DNA from: an uncultured bacterium
GTDB lineage: Bacteria > UBP15 > UBA6099
Assembly: GCA_964409645.1 (NCBI GenBank)
Contig: CAYPEK010000006.1
Location: 16,823 to 80,822 of the forward strand
DNA length: 64,000 nt
Direction of reading: 5' to 3'
Shown: positions 56,907-64,000 of the stretch, piece after piece
How the letters are laid out: every line of letters begins with the position of its first letter
Numbering within the stretch: position 1 is the first letter of the stretch
Notes under the pieces: model-generated
The model's input: only the letters and a program-made list of their open reading frames with translations
What the model was told of the DNA's origin: nothing
Database searches by the model: none
Made by a program: the position numbers and the translations under genes

Positions 56907-58079
56907 GTGAAAATACTCGCGACGACGGACCTGTTCGAAAGTAACGACATCGGCGGCGCCATACGTTACTACTTCGACCTGCTCGAAAGTCTCGCGGCGC
57001 GAGGGCACACAGTCGATTCACTGCTTCCGTGCGCGCGCGACGGCGAATGCCTGAGAGAGCAGTATCCGGGTGTGCGGTTTCATCTTTACAACGTCCCCGC
57101 GAAAGGCGGTCCGCGCGAGCTTTTCACTGCGGCGCTCTCGCGGAGTAATATCGAAAAGCTGCTGAACTCCGAGCGACACGACTGTATCCAGCTCCATCAG
57201 CCGAAAACAACTCTTGGACCGATGCTGCTGGGCGCGAAACCGGACGTGCCTGTCTTCTACCATTTCCATTCGCCGTGGGCGACTGAGTACGCTGTGAAAT
57301 CGGAAGGCCGCGCGGGTCTTGGGTGGTGGTCCCGACAGGTAATCGAATCAGCGTACATGAAGAAACTGACAGCTATAATCGTGTTGAGCGAGTTTATGAA
57401 AAGCCGCCTGTTCGAGGCGCATCCGGGGCTGAAAGCCCCAGTGCATATCGTCCCCGGTGGTGTCAATACGGAACGGTTCAGACCGCCGGAGAGCCGGACA
57501 TCGGCGAAAGATGAAGCCGGCTTCCCTCAGGACCGTTTTGTTCTGTTCACAGCGAGGCGGTTCACCCCGCGCACCGGGCTGGATATGCTGGTTAAAGCAC
57601 ACGCTAAACTCGCCAAAAAGCACCCTGAGCTCATGCTTGTGATGGCGGGTGGCGGCGAGCAGAAGGCGGAGATCGAGGCAATGGTGCAGTCGCTCGGAAT
57701 TTCCGACAGTGTGAGATTCGAAGGTTTCATAGACGAATCGCGCCTGCACGTTTATTATCAGGCGGCGGATTTATTTGTGCTGCCGACCCGCGCTTTGGAG
57801 GGTTTCGGCCTTGTTTCAGTCGAGGCACTCGCATGCGGAACGCCTGTGCTCGGGACGCCGATGGGCGCTATCACGGACGTGCTTAAGCCGTTCAAGCCGG
57901 CGTTGCTTACTCGGGAGGCTTCAGTGGAGGCAATCGAGGAAGGTATCGAATTCTGGCTTGAGCGAAGAGATGAACTGGAAGCGCTTGGCAAGAGCGGGCG
58001 CGAGTACGTTTTGAACAATTTCGGATGGAGCATTGTAGCCGGAAAAATTGAAGAAGTGTATCGAAAATATCTCCCCTGA
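56907..58079 (+). CDS. Family 4 glycosyltransferase (GT-B, GT4)
   Basis: GTG start. The conserved C-terminal GT4 region is EGFGLVSVEALACGTPVLGT, with ESRLHVYYQAADLFVLP. Confidence 0.85.
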   Translation: MKILATTDLFESNDIGGAIRYYFDLLESLAARGHTVDSLLPCARDGECLREQYPGVRFHLYNVPAKGGPRELFTAALSRSNIEKLLNSERHDCIQLHQPKTTLGPMLLGAKPDVPVFYHFHSPWATEYAVKSEGRAGLGWWSRQVIESAYMKKLTAIIVLSEFMKSRLFEAHPGLKAPVHIVPGGVNTERFRPPESRTSAKDEAGFPQDRFVLFTARRFTPRTGLDMLVKAHAKLAKKHPELMLVMAGGGEQKAEIEAMVQSLGISDSVRFEGFIDESRLHVYYQAADLFVLPTRALEGFGLVSVEALACGTPVLGTPMGAITDVLKPFKPALLTREASVEAIEEGIEFWLERRDELEALGKSGREYVLNNFGWSIVAGKIEEVYRKYLP

Positions 58080-58147
58080 ACGAATAGATGCATCAATGAT
58101 AAGACAGCGGCATCCGTGCGGACGGGTAGAAACAGAGGGTTGATTAG

Positions 58148-59155
58148 GTGCGTATTGGTAACAGGTTTATCATGGCGAAAGCGGCAGCGGTCGGGACGTT
58201 AATTCTGACTTTTGGGTTCATGCTCCATCCGGCAGCCGCGGCGAATAAAATGTCCGGCGCGGCGCTCGACGAAGTGCTTGCGTGGCTTTCAACGAAACCG
58301 GCGGTCGTGCCCGGGGATGCGGCGCGCAACGAGATGATGAAAAAGCTGGATGCCCCTTTTCTCGAAGATACAGCGGTCCTGAATTCCGCTGTCGGGAAGT
58401 ATTTCAAAGCGCGGATGAAAGCGTTCACCGCCGATATCGCCGCGACGGCGGCGCCCGTCGGCGGGCACGTGATTGTATGGAAACTTTACAACATGGGCAC
58501 GGTAATGAAATCCGGCGAGGCGACGATAGCGTTCGACCTGATCAGCGGCAGGGACAAGGTCAAATGGACCTCGGAAGACCTGAAGAAAACAATCGGCGCA
58601 TGCGACGCGCTGGTTATTACCCATAGTCATCTCGACCATGCCGATATGACGGTCGCCAAAAAATTCCTCGCTGCGGGGAAGACGGTCGTGACCCCACCCG
58701 GTATATGGGAAAAACTGCCGGGCATGGGCGGGATCACACTGCTCCGGGATGGCACAATCGACATCAAAGGCGTGAAACTCACGGCATTTCCGGGTTTCCA
58801 ATCAGAGACTATGAATAATGTTTATCTGATCGAGTTTCCCGGCGGCGTTAAGGTGCTCGACACAGGCGACGAGAACGGGAAGGCATATCCCACTGGCGGC
58901 GGATGGCTCGCCGGCGTCAGGCCGCCCCGAAATGTGGATTTGCTGATGTTCAACTCATGGTCGGCGATTATGAAGGAAATACTCGCCGCGTTCCCGGCGA
59001 AAATGCTCATGCCGGCGCATGAGCACGAGCTCACTCACGGACCGCAAAGCCGCTCTTCGTATGAGGAAATGATCTCGACATCGGAATCGCTCGGCGTTCC
59101 TTACGTGCTCATGGCGTGGGGCGAGCGGTTCGAAGTAAGCCCCGACCGGGATTGA
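58148..59155 (+). CDS. Secreted MBL-fold metallo-hydrolase
   Basis: The signal peptide is AKAAAVGTLILTFGFMLHPAAAA. The metal-binding motif ITHSHLDHAD (HxHxDH) is present, with downstream His/Asp ligands. The start is GTG 58148 (GAGGGT 9 nt upstream) or ATG 58172. Confidence 0.8.
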   Translation: MRIGNRFIMAKAAAVGTLILTFGFMLHPAAAANKMSGAALDEVLAWLSTKPAVVPGDAARNEMMKKLDAPFLEDTAVLNSAVGKYFKARMKAFTADIAATAAPVGGHVIVWKLYNMGTVMKSGEATIAFDLISGRDKVKWTSEDLKKTIGACDALVITHSHLDHADMTVAKKFLAAGKTVVTPPGIWEKLPGMGGITLLRDGTIDIKGVKLTAFPGFQSETMNNVYLIEFPGGVKVLDTGDENGKAYPTGGGWLAGVRPPRNVDLLMFNSWSAIMKEILAAFPAKMLMPAHEHELTHGPQSRSSYEEMISTSESLGVPYVLMAWGERFEVSPDRD

Positions 59156-59196
59156 GAAACTCCGGCCGGTTTGGGAAGCTGCTTAGCTTAAAGCAA

Positions 59197-59952
59197 TCAA
59201 TGTTTCTTTTGTTTTACCGGTTTTTTGTGACTCGTGCCGGATTTGTGGGCTTTCGGCTCAACAGGCAGTTTCGCTTCATCGAGCCATTCCACCTTCCCGC
59301 TCTCGATGTCGTACACAGCGCCGTAAACTTTCAATTTGCCTTCCTCGACAAGTTCACGAACAATCCGGCTGCGCCTGAATATATCGTTGATCGACTGCCA
59401 CACGTTTGCGCAGATGCTCGACTTGATGACATAGGCTTCGCTCGCGTTGGGCATAAGTTTCTTTGTCGCGGTTACAGGCGGTACAATGTTGTCCACGAGA
59501 CTCGGAATGCTTCCTTCGGTTTTCGCCCCTTTGACAACCGCCGTGACCGCCCCGCATTTGGAGTGCCCCATGACTATGAGAATCGGCGTGCGCAGGTGCT
59601 CGACTCCGTATTCGATCGTTCCGATTTCGTCCGTGTCCGCCACGTTGCCGGCAACGCGCACCGCAAAGATGTCGCCCACGCCCTGATCGAAAATCACTTC
59701 CGGAGGAACGCGCGAATCGGAGCATCCGAGGATTGTTACTATCGGAAACTGCCCCTTTTCGCCTGTTTCTTTCAGCCTTTCGGCATCGATGCGCGGGTGT
59801 TCGCTTTTGCCCTCGACGAACCGTGCGTTTCCCTCCTGTAGAATTTTCATCGCCTGTTCAGGAGTGATTTCCGGCCCGCTTTCCGATGCCATGGCGATAG
59901 CGGAAGAAACTATAATGCCTAACAGCAACAACACGATTCTTTTCATTCTCAT
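59197..59952 (-). CDS. Beta-class carbonic anhydrase, secreted
   Basis: The signal peptide is MKRIVLLLLGIIVSSAIAMA. The zinc ligand motifs are CSDSR and HSKCGA. Confidence 0.85.
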   Translation of the reverse strand: MRMKRIVLLLLGIIVSSAIAMASESGPEITPEQAMKILQEGNARFVEGKSEHPRIDAERLKETGEKGQFPIVTILGCSDSRVPPEVIFDQGVGDIFAVRVAGNVADTDEIGTIEYGVEHLRTPILIVMGHSKCGAVTAVVKGAKTEGSIPSLVDNIVPPVTATKKLMPNASEAYVIKSSICANVWQSINDIFRRSRIVRELVEEGKLKVYGAVYDIESGKVEWLDEAKLPVEPKAHKSGTSHKKPVKQKKH

Positions 59953-60082
59953 GTCTGCGGCCTCTTTCTGTTTTCTCGTTATGCAATCCTGTTAACTTCA
60001 GTATTATAAAATATGAGATGCCGGCCACGCAATCCGACAGAGGTATGTCCCGGCAAAGATTCCCGGTGTTAGATCAACAGGG

Positions 60083-61183
60083 TTATTCGCCGAAATCGTG
60101 AAGTTTAAAATATGAATAGTATGAAGCGAGCACTAGAAAGTCCATTCCCGAGCGTTCCACGCTCAAGCCACTCGGCGGTTCCGCTTTTTGTTCCGGACTT
60201 CTCTCCCAGCGATAGTTTACGTTGTAGCCACCGTTGTTCTCCCATTCGTTCGGCAAGTTCTTCGGGAAGGCGCGCAGCTTTTCCTCCACGAACGACGTGT
60301 CCTTGCCCGCCACGCGCGCTGCGAACCAGTCGAACATTGTGTCATCGTCGTTACGGACGACCTTGTACCACTTTTTTATCTCATCATCGAGGCCCGGCAG
60401 GCCGGGATAAAGAATCTTCGCCACGAATAAACGCTCGAAGAAAAGGTTGAGCGTAAAGTATCTCGGCGTCTGTCTCACAAGCACGGCTTTTTTGAATTGC
60501 AGGTAGAACCGTTCCCGCGCTTTGTCAAAATCCTCACCCGGCAGATAAGTATCTATTCCAAGCCCCATTTTCATACTCAGGAGTTGGAACAAAAACCGGA
60601 TGTCGTTGCAGTCCACGTATGGCCCCTTCCCCATCTGCCAGTCGTGGGCGTTGCCATACTTGATCATGTCTCTCGTTATTTCCGCTACTTCTTTCTTAAG
60701 CGGTTCCGGGCCGAGAAGCCACACCGCCGCTATGCCCATAATCATCTCGCCGTACTGGTCTATGCTCGTCGGGTCAGGGTCATCATTCGAGTGCTCGGGG
60801 AATCTTTTATATCTGCCGGGCTCCACTTCGAGCAGCGGCCAGTATGAAAGATTCGTCCGCACGAGTTCCCAGTCGCCCTGAAACGCAAATCCCGACATTG
60901 TAAGTCCAGTCCATCCCTGACTGTCTCCGTGTCCGTAATACCTGACAACACGCGTTTTTGTCTCTTCGTCCAGCACAGCCTCCACAGTGCCGCCGCGGTC
61001 AATGTGACGCTCTTTGTATTGTTCGATGTAACTGTAGTACTTTTCAACGAGGTCCGTCGGCAAAACCTTATCGACCGGAGTCTGCGCCTCAGCCGCACAT
61101 GCTTTGATTTTTACGAATGCCGCAATCAACAAAACGGCAATTAAAACGCACACCGCCTTCAACTCTTTCATGTAGTATGCCAT
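60083..61183 (-). CDS. Hypothetical secreted protein
   Basis: The signal peptide is MKELKAVCVLIAVLLIAAFVKIKACAAEA. The 366-aa Trp/Tyr-rich protein has no recognised domain. Confidence 0.5.
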   Translation of the reverse strand: MAYYMKELKAVCVLIAVLLIAAFVKIKACAAEAQTPVDKVLPTDLVEKYYSYIEQYKERHIDRGGTVEAVLDEETKTRVVRYYGHGDSQGWTGLTMSGFAFQGDWELVRTNLSYWPLLEVEPGRYKRFPEHSNDDPDPTSIDQYGEMIMGIAAVWLLGPEPLKKEVAEITRDMIKYGNAHDWQMGKGPYVDCNDIRFLFQLLSMKMGLGIDTYLPGEDFDKARERFYLQFKKAVLVRQTPRYFTLNLFFERLFVAKILYPGLPGLDDEIKKWYKVVRNDDDTMFDWFAARVAGKDTSFVEEKLRAFPKNLPNEWENNGGYNVNYRWERSPEQKAEPPSGLSVERSGMDFLVLASYYSYFKLHDFGE

Positions 61184-61265
61184 ATAGCAATTTCTCCCGT
61201 CAGCCCTTCATCATACACACCATTCGTTATCATATAGATGATTCGATTCCCTGTCCTTATATAAG

Positions 61266-63374
61266 TCAAAAACTCGATTTATCCACCGATTTGCAATAAT
61301 ACACTGCGGGCACTTCGGAGCTTGTCAGCTTGCTGCATCTGCCGGCGCTCGCGCGATACCACGATCGCGCTTCATCAATAACGTATCGGCGGCCGGAGTC
61401 CTCCGCAGGCAGGACAACATAAACGGGGCCGCTTTCCACGCCCGCGTCTTTTAGTTTCGATATGGCGAAATAGTTATTGTACTGAAAAAGCACGTTGTTA
61501 TTTTTCTGAAACATTCTGTTTCTGCGCGTATCGAAATTATCGCGTCCAGATTCTCCACCAAGAGGATTCAGGGCGTACTTCTGTTCTATAAAAAAGAAGA
61601 AATGGTCAAGTGGATATACCACAACCGGCAGATTGTTCTTGTTGTTTTCGTCCAGAATCTTCGCCACTGCGTAAATGCCTTTTTTCATCCGATCGTTCGC
61701 GCTATCTCCATATAGCCGTTTGAAATCGCCTCGTACAATTAACAAAGCCGATATTATTACGACAGATGCGACGGCAGCCACCCGGCCGAGCTTGAATCCG
61801 CCTCGCCGTTCGATCTTCAGTAGTGCTTCTTCGGCGAGATATCCGACGTAGATAAAGACAAACGGCAACACAAAAAGATAGTATCTGTCCAGCCGGTCCA
61901 AAACATTGAATGCCAGCAAAGCCGCCGCGGCGGCAATACCGGCAAACGCCGAAAGCGCCACAGCTCCGCGGAAATCCTTACGGAAATAAAACGCGCCCGC
62001 CGTCAACGGGACTGCACAAAGCAGCATGACCGGCGTCAGACCCGAAAAGAATGGGGCTACCGTTTCGCGCCGTTCCGCGCTGTGCCACATTGTCGCGTGA
62101 AGTATCACAGTCGAGAAAAACAATACTATCAAAATGATAAAAAAGGAATGAGTGTCGAAGATGCGCCTGTCCTGTGGATTGAGTTGCTTTCTAAGGAAGA
62201 AGAAGTAATGAAACAGCATAGCCGCGATTAACGCTACAATCACCGGGTTCGACATAACCGCGAGAGCTGAAACAACCGTCCACAAGAAAAGCGTTGTCCG
62301 TTGCGGCTTCCCTACTGACAGTCCGTACATCAGCAGTGACAAAACTCCGAAACAAATAAATACCGAGTATCCCCTTACGTCGGCAATCGCAAAAGTAAAG
62401 CTGCCGCAGCAAAGCATGGCAACAGGCACCAGCCATGCGATCTGCGGTCTCACACTCCATATCGAAATGCAATAGACAGCCCACATCGCCACTACCAGAA
62501 AAACGACGGGAAAACCACGGAGCACGAGAAGGTTCCCGGTGCTGATAAGCAATGGCAGAACAGCCCTGTAAGGGATTGCGGGCATGCCGGGATCGCCGGT
62601 AACATACGCCATGTACATCCCCCGAGCAGCGGAGCGCGGAAGAAAAAAGTACTCGTCGCATGTAAAATAAGCCCAGTACGAATTTTTAAAAGCTCCGATA
62701 AGCAATATCGTCGCAAATGCGCAACCGAGTGCCGCATACAACCAACGGCCCCGGCCCGGCGGCTGACCGGCGGTTTTACAACCGGTTGAAACGCCCTCTC
62801 CCGCAGCATTAAAAAAGTTCGAAACATCATAAATTAATAAGACGAGCAGCAAATAAATAATTACGGCAATCATCATGTCCGGAAGGCTTCGCAGAACGAG
62901 CGTGAGAGTCTTCAACGGCCCGTACTTCAAAGTGCGTTCGTTTTGCTTAACAGCCTCCACGATTCGCAGAAGCCCACTCTCTTCGGCGGTCGTGAGCCGC
63001 CGGGGAGATTTGTATAATACATTCGATAACTGAGTTCTCGCGAAGCAAGGAATAGACGGCGCCGCGGGTTGAAAAAAAACTTCCATCTCTGCGCCGTCCG
63101 CCGCCGCAAAACCATACTTCCACACGTGATCCCGCGATAACTCCCTACCGGTGTATTTCCAGCCGAACGGAAGTTTTTCGCCCGCCTTGTAATCCGGCAG
63201 CGTGTCTTTCGTTTTTGCGTCGTACATCTGGTAAAAAGTGAGTCTGAGGCTCGCCACGCTTACCACCACAACAACAATAGTCGCCGCCGCGAGAAGCGCG
63301 AACAACCATACCACAACACTTTTAATCAGTTTCCGCATATACCGCGATTCCGTCTCTCCATTGCTTTCTATCAT
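61266..63374 (-). CDS. Large polytopic membrane protein (12 or more TM helices), possibly a GT-C-type glycosyltransferase or lipid-carrier-dependent transferase
   Basis: The 702-aa protein has hydrophobic helices throughout the central 450 aa. Periplasmic-like loops flank it and the C-terminal tail is soluble. No signature motif is identified. Confidence 0.55.
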   Translation of the reverse strand: MIESNGETESRYMRKLIKSVVVWLFALLAAATIVVVVVSVASLRLTFYQMYDAKTKDTLPDYKAGEKLPFGWKYTGRELSRDHVWKYGFAAADGAEMEVFFQPAAPSIPCFARTQLSNVLYKSPRRLTTAEESGLLRIVEAVKQNERTLKYGPLKTLTLVLRSLPDMMIAVIIYLLLVLLIYDVSNFFNAAGEGVSTGCKTAGQPPGRGRWLYAALGCAFATILLIGAFKNSYWAYFTCDEYFFLPRSAARGMYMAYVTGDPGMPAIPYRAVLPLLISTGNLLVLRGFPVVFLVVAMWAVYCISIWSVRPQIAWLVPVAMLCCGSFTFAIADVRGYSVFICFGVLSLLMYGLSVGKPQRTTLFLWTVVSALAVMSNPVIVALIAAMLFHYFFFLRKQLNPQDRRIFDTHSFFIILIVLFFSTVILHATMWHSAERRETVAPFFSGLTPVMLLCAVPLTAGAFYFRKDFRGAVALSAFAGIAAAAALLAFNVLDRLDRYYLFVLPFVFIYVGYLAEEALLKIERRGGFKLGRVAAVASVVIISALLIVRGDFKRLYGDSANDRMKKGIYAVAKILDENNKNNLPVVVYPLDHFFFFIEQKYALNPLGGESGRDNFDTRRNRMFQKNNNVLFQYNNYFAISKLKDAGVESGPVYVVLPAEDSGRRYVIDEARSWYRASAGRCSKLTSSEVPAVYYCKSVDKSSF

Positions 63375-63509
63375 AGCATTTGAACGCGGAGGTTCAAAGA
63401 CAGCTAAAGCCGCATTTTAGGTGTTATGCTTGTCGGCACAATAACCGCCGATATATGGTATTATCCATATATGGCGCTTTGAGATATGTTTATGAATGGG
63501 AGAATGTCC

Positions 63510-64000
63510 ATGAATAAGAGCTATTCATCATTTATATGGCGGTTGGCGGCGATATGTTTAATCGCATCGTGGGTTGCCTGTGCCGGCGTGTCCGCGCAAC
63601 CGGTACAGAACACGGAAGTGAGATTCATCGACACCGACGGAAACGGCACGGACTCCCCCGGAGATGTGTTGACTTACGGTAACAGCCTCATAACGCTCAA
63701 ATTTCGATTCGTCGAACTCGCGTCGGAACGTAGAAACGCCGACGCGAAATTCAACGGATACTATCTCGACTCGGCGACTTACCACGGCGAAAAGTGTTTC
63801 CAGCATCCCGACTGGAAAACCGAGCACGACATCTATCCGACGATTCTTACTAACGACGTCGTCGGCATGTCAGCATTCCTGAAAAATACAAAGTTATACA
63901 TCGACAATCCGTTTCTGTGGATGTGGAACGCACGGGGCGACCGGTCGGCTCTGTATGCGAAGCTGGATATTCCGGGAACTCAGGAGGGTTTGAAACAATC
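63510..64000 (+). CDS. Hypothetical secreted protein, N-terminal part (runs off the window end)
   Basis: The frame is open from the ATG at 63510 (or in-frame ATGs at 63492 and 63504) to base 64000. The signal peptide is MNKSYSSFIWRLAAICLIASWVACAGVSAQP. The ORF track lacks it because no stop falls inside the window. Confidence 0.55.
   Translation, partial: MNKSYSSFIWRLAAICLIASWVACAGVSAQPVQNTEVRFIDTDGNGTDSPGDVLTYGNSLITLKFRFVELASERRNADAKFNGYYLDSATYHGEKCFQHPDWKTEHDIYPTILTNDVVGMSAFLKNTKLYIDNPFLWMWNARGDRSALYAKLDIPGTQEGLKQ

Overview
This is a high-GC (about 60-65%) bacterial chromosomal window with roughly 55 protein-coding genes. I found no rRNA, tRNA or CRISPR array. The ORF track translates GTG/TTG starts as M, so I re-placed many N-termini at the first plausible ATG or at ATGA overlap junctions. 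Positions 1.5-12 kb form one long minus-strand block: MmgE/PrpD-like gene, hypC-hypD-hypE-hypB, a sensor kinase whose input module is two ferredoxin-type 4Fe-4S motifs plus an [FeFe]-hydrogenase H-domain-like fold, then a hybrid REC-PAS-HK, a REC, an HK and another REC. Between the lepA 3' end and this block sits a low-GC GxxExxY (PD-(D/E)XK-like) gene bracketed by three forward and three inverted copies of a roughly 70-bp repeat-plus-hairpin unit. Other contents include a DUF58/BatA-like pair, a class III aminotransferase interrupted by a single in-frame TAG, an AT-rich islet with two small HTH genes upstream of a stand-alone ftsZ, leuS, and an MFS transporter with a low-GC inserted loop. There is also a 243-bp nested inverted-repeat element, a B12-radical-SAM gene ATGA-coupled to a TMTC-like TPR membrane protein, and a DUF362(Tat)/radical-SAM(Tat)/DUF362-ferredoxin trio followed by a PfkB kinase. 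Further along are a URO-D/MtaA-like gene, a tandem-thioredoxin lipoprotein, a DUF2723-TPR membrane protein and a GT2 glycosyltransferase. A minus-strand cluster carries a carbamoyltransferase, an SxtJ-like gene and a 50-aa DUF5989-like gene missing from the ORF track. The right end holds a DUF763 protein, secreted hydrolases, a geranylgeranyl-reductase-like flavoprotein, a PAS-PAS-HK-REC hybrid kinase, a TPR protein, a GT4 glycosyltransferase, an MBL hydrolase, a beta-carbonic anhydrase and large membrane proteins. The best candidates for something undescribed are the H-domain sensor kinase with its phosphorelay next to the hyp genes, the Tat-signal DUF362/radical-SAM trio, the carbamoyltransferase/SxtJ/DUF5989 trio, and the repeat-bracketed GxxExxY insertion.
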